The notes: generated by a model from the letters alone, not told the origin. A stretch of 64,000 nucleotides of DNA from Clostridiales bacterium (GCA_004558825.1 SFDB01000003.1:27290-91289), one strand, 5' to 3'; positions 37,986 to 48,619 are shown, counted from the stretch's first letter. A program made the numbers and translations.

Positions 37986-40007
37986 ATGAATAAATTTGAG
38001 CTTGTGTCTGAATATAAGCCTACGGGCGATCAACCGCAGGCAATTGAAAGCCTATGCCAAGGCATTGAGGACGGTGAGCGCCTTGTTGTGCTTATGGGAA
38101 TAACGGGTTCGGGCAAAACGTTCACGATGGCGAACGTCATAGAACGACTACAGCGACCGACGCTTGTTATAGCGCACAATAAAACGCTTGCGGCACAGCT
38201 TTGCTCTGAGCTTAAGGAATTCTTTCCAAACAGCGCAGTTGAGTATTTCGTAAGCTATTATGATTACTATCAGCCGGAGGCATATATTCCTTCTTCAGAC
38301 ACTTATATTGAAAAAACTGCGACAATAAACGAAGAGATAGACCTTCTGCGTCACAGCGCGACATGTTCTCTTAACGAAAGGCGCGACGTAATTATTGTCG
38401 CTTCTGTATCTTGCATATATGCGCTTGGCAATCCTGAAGAGTATCTGAGATTGAGTATTTCGCTTAGACGCGGTATGCAGATATCGCGCGAAGATGTTAT
38501 GAAACGTCTTGTCGAAATACAATACCAACGCAACGAAATAGACTTCTCGCGCGGAACATTTCGCGCCAAGGGTGATGTGCTCGATATTTTTGCCTCAAAC
38601 ATGCGTGATAAATTCATACGGGTTGAATTTTTCGGCGATGAGATTGACCGCATAAGTGAAGTAAGCGTCGTCACCGGTGACCCCGAGCGCGAAATGTCGC
38701 ATTACGTGGTGTTTCCCGCAACGCACTATGCCACGGGACGCGACAAACTTCAGGGGGCGCTTAACGCTATAGAAAAAGACCTCTATGAACGCATACGCGA
38801 GCTCAATGAAAAAGGTGATATTCTCGAAGCAAAGCGACTCGAACAGCGCACACAGTTTGATATGGAGATGATGCGCGAAATAGGCTACTGTCAAGGTATA
38901 GAAAACTATTCGAGATATTTTGACGGACGTATTCCGGGAGAGCCTCCTTTTACTTTGCTCGACTATTTTCCAAAGGATTATCTCATGATAATCGACGAGT
39001 CGCACGTCACCCTGCCGCAGATAAGGGCGATGTACCGAGGCGACAGGGCGCGCAAGGAGTCGCTTGTACAGTACGGTTTCAGGCTCCCATCGGCTTTCGA
39101 TAACAGGCCGTTAAAATTCGATGAATTTGAGGATCGCATAAATCAGTTGATGTGTGTGAGTGCAACGCCCGCCGAATTTGAGCTTTCACATGCTTCGCGC
39201 GTTGCCGAGCAGATAATACGTCCGACGGGGCTTGTTGATCCCGAAATAGTTGTGCACCCAATCATGGGTCAAGTAGACGACTTATACGGACAGATATCGG
39301 CCACCGTTGAAAAAGGAATGAGGGTGCTCGTTACTACGCTGACAAAGCGCATGGCCGAAATGCTTACGGAACACTTTGATTCGATGGGCGTTAAGGTGCG
39401 TTATATGCACTCTGAAATAGAGACGACTGAACGTATGGAGATAATAAGGGATCTGCGTCTTGGTGAATTCGATGTACTTGTCGGAATAAACCTGCTGCGC
39501 GAAGGGCTTGATCTGCCCGAAGTTGGGCTTGTCGCCATACTTGACGCCGACAAAGAAGGCTTTCTGCGTTCGTCGACATCACTTATACAGACCATCGGAC
39601 GTGCGGCAAGAAACGCAGACGGAAGAGTCATCATGTATGCGGATACAATTACCGACTCGATGCGAGTTGCGATCGATGAAACGAACAGACGCCGCGAAAA
39701 ACAAATAGCTTATAATGAGGAACATAACATAGTTCCGCGCACTATAGTTAAGAAAGTACACGACGTGCTCGAAATAAGCTCTCCTGTGCGCAGCGCAAAG
39801 ACTATGTCGCCCGAAGACAGGGCTATGCGTATAGAAGTTCTCGAGGAGCAGATGCGCGCCGCCGTCATGGAGCTTGAATTTGAGGAAGCGATTAAGCTGC
39901 GCGATAAGATATTCGAGCTTCAAGGCAAGGATGTGCAGGGAAATAAGCTCGCCGCGCCCGGAACTCCCGGAAGCAAGAAGCCGGCACGTCAGAGAAAGAG
40001 GAAATAA
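37986..40007 (+). CDS. uvrB: excinuclease ABC subunit B
   Basis: [11 protein letters not shown], Walker A GITGSGKT, and a C-terminal UVR domain. Confidence 0.95.
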   Translation: MNKFELVSEYKPTGDQPQAIESLCQGIEDGERLVVLMGITGSGKTFTMANVIERLQRPTLVIAHNKTLAAQLCSELKEFFPNSAVEYFVSYYDYYQPEAYIPSSDTYIEKTATINEEIDLLRHSATCSLNERRDVIIVASVSCIYALGNPEEYLRLSISLRRGMQISREDVMKRLVEIQYQRNEIDFSRGTFRAKGDVLDIFASNMRDKFIRVEFFGDEIDRISEVSVVTGDPEREMSHYVVFPATHYATGRDKLQGALNAIEKDLYERIRELNEKGDILEAKRLEQRTQFDMEMMREIGYCQGIENYSRYFDGRIPGEPPFTLLDYFPKDYLMIIDESHVTLPQIRAMYRGDRARKESLVQYGFRLPSAFDNRPLKFDEFEDRINQLMCVSATPAEFELSHASRVAEQIIRPTGLVDPEIVVHPIMGQVDDLYGQISATVEKGMRVLVTTLTKRMAEMLTEHFDSMGVKVRYMHSEIETTERMEIIRDLRLGEFDVLVGINLLREGLDLPEVGLVAILDADKEGFLRSSTSLIQTIGRAARNADGRVIMYADTITDSMRVAIDETNRRREKQIAYNEEHNIVPRTIVKKVHDVLEISSPVRSAKTMSPEDRAMRIEVLEEQMRAAVMELEFEEAIKLRDKIFELQGKDVQGNKLAAPGTPGSKKPARQRKRK

Positions 40008-40008
40008 A

Positions 40009-42840
40009 ATGCTTAATGATCTTATAATAAAGGGAGCGCGTCAGCACAATCTGAAAAACGTGGACATAACGCTGCCGCGAAACAAACTCATAGTATTTAC
40101 AGGGGTTTCCGGTTCAGGCAAGTCGTCGCTTGCCTTTGATACCATATACGCCGAAGGTCAACGGCGTTATGTCGAATCGCTTTCGTCGTATGCGCGGCAG
40201 TTTCTGGGTCAGATGGACAAGCCGGACGTAGATTATATAGAAGGGCTTTCGCCTGCAATATCCATCGATCAAAAGAGCACCTCAAACAACCCGCGTTCGA
40301 CGGTCGGCACCGTAACAGAAGTGAACGATTATTTGAGACTGTTGTACGCACGCATCGGAGTACCGCATTGCCCGCATTGCGGTAAAGAAATCGAACGTCA
40401 ATCAATAGATCAAGTTGTCGAACGCGTAAAGAAGCTCCCCAGCGGAACACGGATTCAGATACTTGCGCCCGCCGTAAGGGCAAGAAAGGGCGAACATGCA
40501 AAGCTGATCGACGATATACGAAAGGACGGCTACGTTCGTGTGCGTATTGACGGCACTGTGTATGATATTAGCGAAGTCCCTACACTCACAAAAACAAAAA
40601 AGCATACAATTGAAGCTGTCGTGGATAGGCTTATAATCAAGGACGGCATCGATACGCGCCTCACAGATTCGTTGGAAACCGCGTTCGCCTTTGGCTCGGG
40701 CATTGCAAGTGTTGCCGTGATAGGAGGTGACGAAATACTCTTTTCGCAAAACTACGCCTGCCCTGATTGCGGCATAAACATACCCGACCTTACTCCGCAG
40801 ATGTTTTCGTTCAACAATCCGTTCGGCGCGTGCCCTAATTGCTCGGGTCTTGGGATGCTGATGAAAATAGATCCTTCTCTTATCGTTCCTAATGAAGAGC
40901 TTTCTCTTGCGCAGGGCGCAATATGCGTAACGGGCTGGCAAAGCGGCAACAGCGACAATATGGCAAATATGTATATATCCGCTTTGTCAAAAGAATACGG
41001 CTTTTCAAAGGATACGCCCTGGAAAGAGCTTCCCGAGGAGGCGCGTAGCATTATACTTTTCGGCACAGGCGATAAAAAGCTACATGTATCATATAAACGC
41101 GACTACGGAAGCGGTGAGTTTTATACGGCTTTTGAAGGTGTTATCCCTAACCTTGAACGCAGGTATCACGAAACTCAGTCAGAATACATGAAGCACGAAA
41201 TCGAGGAATATATGGCGCAGACACCGTGCCGGGTATGCGGCGGAAAGCGTTTGAAGCCCGAAAGCCTTGCGGTTACTGTCGGCGGAAAATCAATCGCCGA
41301 GCTGAGCGATATGACCGTCGGTGAAGCACGTAAATTCATAAGCTCTATAAAGCTTTCAAAGAGCCAGAGCATTATTGCTGAACAAATAACAAAGGAGATA
41401 AACGCAAGGCTTGGATTCCTCGTAGACGTTGGTCTTGACTATCTTACGCTTTCGCGCTCAGCAAGCTCACTTTCGGGCGGCGAAGCTCAGCGGATACGCC
41501 TTGCAACGCAGATAGGCTCAAAACTTGTTGGCGTTCTTTACATACTTGACGAGCCGAGCATAGGTCTCCATCAGCGCGATAATGCAAGGCTTTTGAATAC
41601 GCTCAAAGGAATGCGTGATATAGGAAACACGCTCATAGTGGTCGAACACGATGAAGAGACGATGCGCGAGGCGGACTATCTCGTTGACATAGGCCCGGGT
41701 GCAGGAGAGCACGGGGGAGAGGTGATAGTCGCAGGTGCACCCGAAGAGGTAGCACACTGCGACAGATCAATTACCGGCCAATACTTGAGCGGCAAAAAAG
41801 CAATATTGTTGCCTGAAAGACGTCGTCCGCTAAACGATGAATGGCTGCGGGTGCGAGGAGCAAGGGCAAACAATCTGAAAAATATAGACGTTGACATACC
41901 GCTCGGTGTGTTTACATGCGTTACAGGTGTTTCGGGTTCGGGAAAATCAAGCCTTGTAAATGAGGTCATAAAAAAGACGCTTTTGCGCGAGCTTAACAGG
42001 GCAAAGACGCGTTCTTCAGCTTATGATTCTATATCGGGGCTTGAATATCTCGATAAAATCATCGATATCGACCAGTCGCCCATAGGACGCACGCCAAGGA
42101 GCAATCCCGCCACTTATACAGGAGTTTTCGATCTGATACGCGGCGTGTTTGCAATGACGCCCGACGCAAAGATGCGCGGCTATACTAACAGCCGTTTCAG
42201 CTTCAACGTTAAGGGCGGGCGATGCGAATCGTGCAAAGGCGACGGGATATTGAAAATAGAGATGCATTTTCTTCCTGACGTATATGTTCCTTGCGAAGTC
42301 TGCGGCGGTAAGCGTTATAATAAGGAGACGCTTGAGGTACGATATAAAGGGAAAACAATCGCCGACGTGCTCGATATGACCGTAGAAGCGGCGCTCGAAT
42401 TCTTCTCGAGTATACCGAACATCGCAAAAAAGCTTAGTACGCTTATGGACGTTGGGCTGGGATACATACGTCTTGGTCAGCCGTCAACGACGCTTTCCGG
42501 TGGAGAAGCTCAGAGAATAAAGCTTGCAACCGAGCTGTCGCGGCGCGATACGGGGCGCACATTCTATGTGCTCGACGAGCCGACAACAGGATTGCACATA
42601 GCTGATGTACAAAAGCTTATTGAGATAATCAACAGGCTCTGCGACGGTGGGAATAGTGTGCTCGTGATAGAGCATAACCTTGATGTGATAAAAGTCGCCG
42701 ATTATATAATAGACCTCGGTCCCGAAGGCGGAGATAAAGGCGGAGATATAGTTTGCGTCGGCAGGCCCGAAGATATTTCCGAATGCAAAAAAAGCTATAC
42801 CGGCCAATATCTTAGGCCTATGCTTAAAAGGCACAAATAG
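40009..42840 (+). CDS. uvrA: excinuclease ABC subunit A
   Basis: The [18 protein letters not shown] start lies 1 nt after the uvrB stop. Two ABC modules (GVSGSGKSS twice) and zinc modules. Confidence 0.95.
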   Translation: MLNDLIIKGARQHNLKNVDITLPRNKLIVFTGVSGSGKSSLAFDTIYAEGQRRYVESLSSYARQFLGQMDKPDVDYIEGLSPAISIDQKSTSNNPRSTVGTVTEVNDYLRLLYARIGVPHCPHCGKEIERQSIDQVVERVKKLPSGTRIQILAPAVRARKGEHAKLIDDIRKDGYVRVRIDGTVYDISEVPTLTKTKKHTIEAVVDRLIIKDGIDTRLTDSLETAFAFGSGIASVAVIGGDEILFSQNYACPDCGINIPDLTPQMFSFNNPFGACPNCSGLGMLMKIDPSLIVPNEELSLAQGAICVTGWQSGNSDNMANMYISALSKEYGFSKDTPWKELPEEARSIILFGTGDKKLHVSYKRDYGSGEFYTAFEGVIPNLERRYHETQSEYMKHEIEEYMAQTPCRVCGGKRLKPESLAVTVGGKSIAELSDMTVGEARKFISSIKLSKSQSIIAEQITKEINARLGFLVDVGLDYLTLSRSASSLSGGEAQRIRLATQIGSKLVGVLYILDEPSIGLHQRDNARLLNTLKGMRDIGNTLIVVEHDEETMREADYLVDIGPGAGEHGGEVIVAGAPEEVAHCDRSITGQYLSGKKAILLPERRRPLNDEWLRVRGARANNLKNIDVDIPLGVFTCVTGVSGSGKSSLVNEVIKKTLLRELNRAKTRSSAYDSISGLEYLDKIIDIDQSPIGRTPRSNPATYTGVFDLIRGVFAMTPDAKMRGYTNSRFSFNVKGGRCESCKGDGILKIEMHFLPDVYVPCEVCGGKRYNKETLEVRYKGKTIADVLDMTVEAALEFFSSIPNIAKKLSTLMDVGLGYIRLGQPSTTLSGGEAQRIKLATELSRRDTGRTFYVLDEPTTGLHIADVQKLIEIINRLCDGGNSVLVIEHNLDVIKVADYIIDLGPEGGDKGGDIVCVGRPEDISECKKSYTGQYLRPMLKRHK

Positions 42841-42864
42841 AACACGGAAGGATGTGGCGAAAAA

Positions 42865-43599
42865 ATGAAATACACTATGGAACGCTGGTACATGGTATCG
42901 ACCCAAAGATTTTCCGTAAGGAAGTACAAAGAAGGACCAACTCAGGAGGACATCGAACATCTGAGCGATGTTGCGAAAACGCTAAGCACAAGCGGCGTGC
43001 ATATTGTGCTTGGCAAAAACGCAGATGTATTTTCGCCTATAATTCTTTGGTACGGTAAAATAAAGGGCGCTTCCGATTATGCAGCATTCATGCTCGATAA
43101 GGATGCAGATAAACGAATGCTTGGCTATATGGGTGAAGCTTTCATACTTGAATGCTGCGCGCTTGGTCTCGGTACATGCTGGCTTGGCGCATCATATAAA
43201 AAGAATCTTGTCAATGAACTTACGAAGCATTCTGAAAACGAAAAAATTGAATGTATAACCCCCATAGGCGTACCGGACGAACCCTATTTCGGACGTCCGC
43301 GAAAATCGCTTGATAAGCTAACCGGTTTAACGCAATCAGAGCTCATCGCGCTTCCGGAATGGCAGCAGCGCGCAATCGAGTGCGCTCGCATAGCGCCGTC
43401 CGCAGTCAATGCGCAGCCTTGGCGCTTTATAATATCCGATAACAGTATAACCATAAGGCGTATAGCCAATAACTACGGTTATGGGTTTGTTGACTGCGGA
43501 ATAGCCATGCTTCATATTGAACTTGGTGCATCTCACTGCGGCGTAGCCGGAAGCTGGAAGCTTGACAGCGATGACGCGGTATTTACACTGCAGCAATAG
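42865..43599 (+). CDS. nitroreductase family protein
   Basis: RFSVRKYK near the N-terminus and ...APSAVNAQPWRFI..., typical of the nitroreductase fold. Confidence 0.65.
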   Translation: MKYTMERWYMVSTQRFSVRKYKEGPTQEDIEHLSDVAKTLSTSGVHIVLGKNADVFSPIILWYGKIKGASDYAAFMLDKDADKRMLGYMGEAFILECCALGLGTCWLGASYKKNLVNELTKHSENEKIECITPIGVPDEPYFGRPRKSLDKLTGLTQSELIALPEWQQRAIECARIAPSAVNAQPWRFIISDNSITIRRIANNYGYGFVDCGIAMLHIELGASHCGVAGSWKLDSDDAVFTLQQ

Positions 43600-43693
43600 A
43601 TAGCAAAACAATAGAAGCATCAGGAAGTTTGACCATCAATCCGGTTGACACGACAATATTCGACATTCTATAATTGAATTAAATAATTATAGA

Positions 43694-44413
43694 ATGAAGA
43701 GGCGTTTGTCTGTGTCTGAAAACGAGAACGGCAAACATATACATATTAATGCGACGGTTATAACGGTGGTTTGTCTGCTTGTTTTTTGCGCCGTGCTGTT
43801 TATAATGGGCAAATTTGGCGAAAAGAAGCTTTTGAAAGCCGCAAACGATGTTTCGAATTCTAATGATACGACAGAGCAGCAGGTTTCTCCGCAGGCTGAC
43901 GAAATGGAGCGTCTTTACAGCACATTGAATACTTTCATTGATAAAGCGGAGGTGCTTGGTTTTGATGGAGAGTTCGTCCAGACAGAGCGAAAAAACACGA
44001 TCTATAAATATAATCTAAAAAATGATTGCGATATGGATGCATGCATGGTTTTATCCGTGGAAGACGGATATGTAATATCGGCTACGCTCGAATTCGTGCT
44101 GCCGGATGAAACCGTGCTCTTTACTCCGAATCCAAATTCACTTATCGAAAACGATTTAGTCCTTATGTTAAAGGATCGCATTGCTAAGCAATACGATTGG
44201 ATATACTTGACGGTGATGTCTGTAGCGCAAGCGTTCGGCGATGCGAACAGACTTTCATATGCGCAGGCGGATACAATGTATATCGCGGTTCGAAATGCTA
44301 TTGATTCAGGCAAAACTCAAAATTCCGAGCAGGGCAAGTATTGCATGACTGCCTATACGTTGAAGCAGCATGACGGAAGAGTGCGTTTGTTCTGTTCAAT
44401 ATACACAGGATAA
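43694..44413 (+). CDS. hypothetical protein with one N-terminal TM anchor
   Basis: Consensus promoter TTGACA-18-TATAAT upstream. No motif recognised. The start could be GTG 43712. Confidence 0.5.
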   Translation: MKRRLSVSENENGKHIHINATVITVVCLLVFCAVLFIMGKFGEKKLLKAANDVSNSNDTTEQQVSPQADEMERLYSTLNTFIDKAEVLGFDGEFVQTERKNTIYKYNLKNDCDMDACMVLSVEDGYVISATLEFVLPDETVLFTPNPNSLIENDLVLMLKDRIAKQYDWIYLTVMSVAQAFGDANRLSYAQADTMYIAVRNAIDSGKTQNSEQGKYCMTAYTLKQHDGRVRLFCSIYTG

Positions 44414-44434
44414 TTGAGGATGGCGGGGAGTGCC

Positions 44435-45502
44435 CTAATCGTCGGTTTTGTTCATATCCGTTTCCTCGCGTAGCTTTATCGCTTTTGCCGCTTTACGTTT
44501 TCTCTCAAGTTCTATCGTCGTGTAATGCTTTCTTGTTGTGTTTACGTCTTTATGACCGAGAACGTCGGCAACGAGATATATATCGCCTGTCTCCTGATAG
44601 AGCATAGTTCCATATGTACTTCTCAGCTTATGGGGCGATATCTTTTTTAGCGGTGATGCGACTATCGCATACTTTTTTACAAGGTTTTCAACAGCGCGAA
44701 CAGAGATGCGCTTTCGCTGCATGGAAAGGAAAAGAGCATCCTCGCTGCCTTCGAGCGTTATTATGTTCTCGCGCTCAGTCATATAATCGAGAAGAGCGGT
44801 CCTTATCTCAGCTCCGAACGGTAAAACATCCTGATTTCCGCCTTTTCTTGTTATAACAAACTCATTCGTCATAAAGTTCACATCGCTTATATTTAGCCCT
44901 ACAAGCTCGCTTATTCGTATGCCTGAGCCAAGAAAAACGGTTATAATGGCCAAATCCCGTTTTTCGGTCAATTCGTGATATTTTTGCTGGCGCTTTGAAA
45001 GACCGCTCCCTGATTCAACTATATCGAGCATGTCAGCAACCTCGTTCGCCTCGAGCCGCGTTATCACCTTTTTATATATTTTAGGCGTTTCAAGCAAAGC
45101 GACGGGGTTCTTCGAAAGCTTGCCCTTTTTATTAAAATACTTGTAAAGAGACCGAAGCGATGCTAATTTGCGCGCTTTGCCGTTCTCTTTATTTGTTATT
45201 GTATTGTCGCCTTTGATGTACAGACCGATATAGTCCATGTACAGCTCAAAATCAATAGGTTCAAGTTTGTCAAGATCTTCAAGCGTTACGTCCGCAGGCG
45301 TGTTCCTGCCGTCAATGCGTTCTTCAACGAGATATTTCAAGAACACCTTAAGATCTGTTAGATAATTGAAACGTGTCAGCACCGAGGTGTTATTTTCCAT
45401 GCCTCGTGCGAACTCGGCGCAAAAAGGCGGCATCTCTTTTAATAGCTTCCTTATTTTAAGTATGTATGCTTCGCGGCGTTCATCCGCATATGTATCTGCC
45501 AA
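44435..45502 (-). CDS. tyrosine site-specific recombinase, XerS-like in length and motifs
   Basis: Catalytic R...HKLRSTYGT...LGHKDVNTTRKHY. ERDLAIITVFLGSGIRISE and VITRKGG blocks. TTG 45502 with GGAGG 9 nt upstream gives 355 aa. The longest ORF (to 45571) starts inside the palindrome. Confidence 0.8.
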   Translation of the reverse strand: MADTYADERREAYILKIRKLLKEMPPFCAEFARGMENNTSVLTRFNYLTDLKVFLKYLVEERIDGRNTPADVTLEDLDKLEPIDFELYMDYIGLYIKGDNTITNKENGKARKLASLRSLYKYFNKKGKLSKNPVALLETPKIYKKVITRLEANEVADMLDIVESGSGLSKRQQKYHELTEKRDLAIITVFLGSGIRISELVGLNISDVNFMTNEFVITRKGGNQDVLPFGAEIRTALLDYMTERENIITLEGSEDALFLSMQRKRISVRAVENLVKKYAIVASPLKKISPHKLRSTYGTMLYQETGDIYLVADVLGHKDVNTTRKHYTTIELERKRKAAKAIKLREETDMNKTDD

Positions 45503-45550
45503 AGCTTTTTTCCTCCAATCATAAAGAGAATAGGGTAGATATATCTTAAC

Positions 45551-45588
45551 ATAACTATGCGTAAAAGGCAAGTTTTACGCATAGTTAT
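45551..45588. repeat. perfect 16-6-16 palindrome ATAACTATGCGTAAAA-ggcaag-TTTTACGCATAGTTAT
   Basis: Read directly from the sequence. It sits between the rnhA stop (45599) and the recombinase start. No U-tract follows on the minus strand. Confidence 0.95.
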
Positions 45589-45598
45589 AGCAGTGATG

Positions 45599-46048
45599 CT
45601 ATGATACGTCCGACGAGTGTGCTTTTATAGCGGCTCTGGCGAGCTCATCGCACCTATTGTTCAGCTCATTGTTACTATGTCCTTTTACTTTATTCCATGA
45701 AACGGAATGAGTTTTACAAAGCGCAATCAGTTCAAGCCAAAGCTCTTTATTGGAAACAGGTTTTTTCATACTCGTAACCCAGTTGTTTTTCTGCCATCCG
45801 TATATCCACTTTTGCGAAAACGCATTGAATACATACGCGCTGTCAGTGTACACATCTACAATGCATTGTTCCTTCAAGAGCTTTAGAGCATTTATTGCCG
45901 CGGTGAGCTCCATGCGGTTGTTTGTCGTATCAGGTTCATAGCCCGAAATCTCTTTTTTTGCATTTTTATATAAAAGCACAGCGGCCCAGCCTCCGGGTCC
46001 CGGATTGCCAGAGCATGCACCGTCGCAGTATATTTCGACTTTTTTCAT
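45599..46048 (-). CDS. rnhA: ribonuclease HI
   Basis: VEIYCDGACSGNPGPGGWA, ...TNNRMEL..., ...YTDS... and ...KVKGHS...NNRCDELA cover the DEDD catalytic set. Confidence 0.9.
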   Translation of the reverse strand: MKKVEIYCDGACSGNPGPGGWAAVLLYKNAKKEISGYEPDTTNNRMELTAAINALKLLKEQCIVDVYTDSAYVFNAFSQKWIYGWQKNNWVTSMKKPVSNKELWLELIALCKTHSVSWNKVKGHSNNELNNRCDELARAAIKAHSSDVS

Positions 46049-46050
46049 AT

Positions 46051-46257
46051 TTATTCGTTATTTATTTTGCGTTTGCCGTGAAGCGCTTTTCGCTTGCGGT
46101 TTGCATATTCGACCAAATCGAGCGTCAAATACTCTCCGCCATTTTCTATACATTTACAGCAGTTATCGCAAGCCTTCGATGGATCGAGATCGCACATACT
46201 ATCGCACTTACCGCAATCGTCGCAGATTTTTCCTTTCTCGAGTATACATTTACGCAT
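46051..46257 (-). CDS. small Cys-rich protein (9 Cys in the first 36 residues, basic tail)
   Basis: MRKCILEKGKICDDCGKCDSMCDLDPSKACDNCCKCIE... RBS AAGGGAGA. Its stop lies 2 nt before the rnhA ATG. Confidence 0.6.
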   Translation of the reverse strand: MRKCILEKGKICDDCGKCDSMCDLDPSKACDNCCKCIENGGEYLTLDLVEYANRKRKALHGKRKINNE

Positions 46258-46320
46258 TGCATTTCTCCCTTATTTTTTTGACATTTTATATAGCATCATA
46301 CATTAACTTCGAACATTTTA

Positions 46321-46334
46321 CAAACAAATGTTTG
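46321..46334. promoter_or_regulatory. LexA-box-like palindrome in the divergent lexA / Cys-rich-gene control region
   Basis: CAAACAAATGTTTG follows the AAAC-N4-GTTT pattern, against the Firmicute Cheo box GAAC-N4-GTTC. It overlaps the lexA -35, with a CGAAC half-site at 46310-46314. Confidence 0.5.
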
Positions 46335-46360
46335 AACGCATGTATGGCATATGCTATAAT
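46332..46360 (+). promoter_or_regulatory. lexA promoter
   Basis: TTGAAC, 17-nt spacer, TATAAT. Confidence 0.65.
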
Positions 46361-46394
46361 TAACTTGATTATACACGAAAGTGCGGGTATTTGC

Positions 46395-47018
46395 ATGGAA
46401 AACTTAACCGAAAAACAACAAGCCATATATGAGTTTATTAAAAACTATATCTCCGATAACTCATATCCGCCTACGGTTCGTGAAATAGGCGCTGCCGTTT
46501 CGCTCAAATCAACATCAACTGTGCATATGCACTTGAAGGAGATAGAAAAAAAGGGATATATCTCGATATCTCCGTTGAAGCAGCGCACAATATCGCTTAC
46601 AGGCAACGACTCCCCCGCTCCCTACAGAACTGTGGCTACACCGCTTGTCGGAAATGTTGCGGCGGGTAAGCCGATACTGGCCGAGGATAATATACAAGAA
46701 ACGTATGCGCTGCCAAGCACGCTTCTTCATGGAGCTTCCAACAACGAAGTAATGATGCTGAACGTTGAAGGGGACAGCATGATTGACGCGGGTATCCTCA
46801 GCGGCGATATGATAATTGTTCATAATGCGATAGCTGCAAATAACGGAGATATAGTAGTTGCGCGTGTAGAAGGCGATACTGCTACCGTTAAACGCCTATA
46901 CAAGGAAAAAGGCGTTATACGACTTCAGCCCGAGAATTCGAATATGAAGCCCATCTATGCTTCGCCAAAAGACGTAGAGATAGTCGGTAAAGTGATAGGC
47001 CTTATAAGAAAGTATTAA
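46395..47018 (+). CDS. lexA: LexA repressor
   Basis: The MENLTEKQQAIYEFIKNYISDNSYPPTVREIGAAV winged helix, and the S24 peptidase GDSMIDAGI...VVARV...ATVKR. Confidence 0.95.
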   Translation: MENLTEKQQAIYEFIKNYISDNSYPPTVREIGAAVSLKSTSTVHMHLKEIEKKGYISISPLKQRTISLTGNDSPAPYRTVATPLVGNVAAGKPILAEDNIQETYALPSTLLHGASNNEVMMLNVEGDSMIDAGILSGDMIIVHNAIAANNGDIVVARVEGDTATVKRLYKEKGVIRLQPENSNMKPIYASPKDVEIVGKVIGLIRKY

Positions 47019-47030
47019 TATAATAGTGCG

Positions 47031-47074
47031 GAAAACAGCCTGCACGCTTAACAATAAGATGCAGGCTGTTTTCC
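47031..47074. terminator. bidirectional terminator between lexA and the ynbB-like gene
   Basis: AACAGCCTGCA...TGCAGGCTGTT stem flanked by GAAAA and TTTCC. Confidence 0.7.
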
Positions 47075-47082
47075 TGCCGAAA

Positions 47083-48360
47083 TTACAGCCTTATTTCTTT
47101 TTTGCGCACCATTTCATCGAGTGCGGCCATAACGCCTATTTTGCCGTGTACATATGTTAAAGCGCCTTGTATGTAAACGATATACGGCTCGCATATTGGA
47201 GCGTCCGCGCTCAGCTCAATAGACGATCCCTGCACAAATGCACCCGCCGCCATTATAACTTGGGTGTTATATCCGGGCATATCCCACGGTTCAGGAACAA
47301 CGTTGCTGTCGATCGGTGAGACGCGTTGAATCGCTTGGCAGAGTGCGACAAGCGGAACGGGTCCGCCCATCTTTACAGACTGAACTATATCCGACCTCAC
47401 AGCACCTAATCTCGGCATGGTTTCCATGCCTATCGTTTCAAATACGCACCCAAAAAGCATAGCGGATTTCAACGCTTGAGCTGTTGTATGCGGCGCCATG
47501 AAAAGGCCATGGAAAAACGGCTCATACGAAGCTGCATAAGAGCCTACTTCGCGCCCCATACCGGGAACCGTCAGCCTGTTTGCGATCTGTTCTATGAACC
47601 GCTTTTTGCCTGCCATATATCCACCTGTAGGAGCAATACCGCCGCCCGGGTTTTTTATAAGCGACCCTATTATTACATCCGCCTCGAAAACAGTGGGTTC
47701 GGCAGGAGTGGTAAATTCTCCGTAGCAATTATCAACGACAGTTATTGCGTCAGGATAATTCTTATGAACTTCCATAAAAAGGCGTTCCATCTCCTGCGGT
47801 AAGAGCGAATCGCGCCAGGCATATCCGCGTGAGCGCTGAACATATACAACCTTAACGCTTTCGTTCATGCTGTTTATCACGGCTTCAACATCAATCTTTC
47901 CGTTTTTATCAAGCTCGATCTGTTTATAATTAACACCTAAATTCTTAAGAGAGCCGTATTCGTCTCCAACGATACCTATAGCCCTTTCAAGCGTGTCATA
48001 CGGCTTTCCCGATGCGGCAAGCATCGTATCTCCCACCTTCATAAGGCCTGCAAGCGCAGTAAATATTGCATGCGTCCCCGAAACGAAGTTCGGGCGCACA
48101 ATTGCATCTTCCGCGCAGAGTGCACGTGCAAACACCCTGTCAAGCGTATCACGGCCAATGTCATCATAACCGTAGCCGTTTGTTTGGGCAAAGTGCCGTG
48201 CGGCCACGCCCTCACTGCCGAAAGCCGCAAGTACGCGAGACTGATTAGTTTCCTCGACTTCGTTGATTTGGGCAAAATACGGAGCAAGTTTCTTTTCGCA
48301 TTCCAACACAAATGCATATGATGCATCGCTTATGGAAAGTGAAGAAAATGGATTACTCAT
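47083..48360 (-). CDS. PLP-dependent Cys/Met-metabolism family protein (YnbB / 'aluminium resistance' type)
   Basis: About 425 aa. Its position between hfq and lexA and its overall sequence resemble YnbB-type proteins. ATG 48360 has GGAGGT upstream. Confidence 0.6.
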   Translation of the reverse strand: MSNPFSSLSISDASYAFVLECEKKLAPYFAQINEVEETNQSRVLAAFGSEGVAARHFAQTNGYGYDDIGRDTLDRVFARALCAEDAIVRPNFVSGTHAIFTALAGLMKVGDTMLAASGKPYDTLERAIGIVGDEYGSLKNLGVNYKQIELDKNGKIDVEAVINSMNESVKVVYVQRSRGYAWRDSLLPQEMERLFMEVHKNYPDAITVVDNCYGEFTTPAEPTVFEADVIIGSLIKNPGGGIAPTGGYMAGKKRFIEQIANRLTVPGMGREVGSYAASYEPFFHGLFMAPHTTAQALKSAMLFGCVFETIGMETMPRLGAVRSDIVQSVKMGGPVPLVALCQAIQRVSPIDSNVVPEPWDMPGYNTQVIMAAGAFVQGSSIELSADAPICEPYIVYIQGALTYVHGKIGVMAALDEMVRKKEIRL

Positions 48361-48619
48361 TGCATTTACCTCCGTTTGCATCGTCACACATGTCTATGTT
48401 AACCGTAAAATTTTCCGGAAGTACGATTGACGATATGGCATGTTTATAGACAAGCATCTGCTTATCGCCCGTCAAAACGGCAATTACGAAGCTGTCATAC
48501 GACGCAATTATCGCGTTTGTTATCTGAAAGCCGTTGGTAGTATATATCGAAACAGGCAGTTTTTGTTTGCGCAGTCTGTATAAGATGGTATCCTGCACAG
48601 ATATAGATTTATTCGCCAT
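48353..48619 (-). CDS. hfq: RNA chaperone Hfq
   Basis: SVQDTILYRLRKQKLPVSIYTTNGFQITNAIIASYDSFVIAV...LVYKHAISSI forms the Sm1/Sm2 motifs. Confidence 0.9.
   Translation of the reverse strand: MANKSISVQDTILYRLRKQKLPVSIYTTNGFQITNAIIASYDSFVIAVLTGDKQMLVYKHAISSIVLPENFTVNIDMCDDANGGKCNE

Noticed and set aside
39874-40008. 45-codon N-terminal extension of uvrA overlapping the end of uvrB
   Set aside because: UvrA homology starts at [18 protein letters not shown] (40009), 1 nt after the uvrB stop. The extension is just the alternative frame of uvrB.
44435-45571. Tyrosine recombinase as marker of an integrated phage or ICE
   Set aside because: There are no phage, conjugation or cargo genes around it, no flanking direct repeats and no adjacent tRNA. 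The neighbours are conserved housekeeping genes (rnhA, lexA, uvrA). A Xer-type role fits better; see the findings.
46005-46394. 130-codon N-terminal extension of the lexA ORF (track ORF 46005..47018)
   Set aside because: The extension runs antisense through rnhA and the Cys-rich gene and through the lexA promoter itself. LexA homology begins at MENLTEKQQ (46395).
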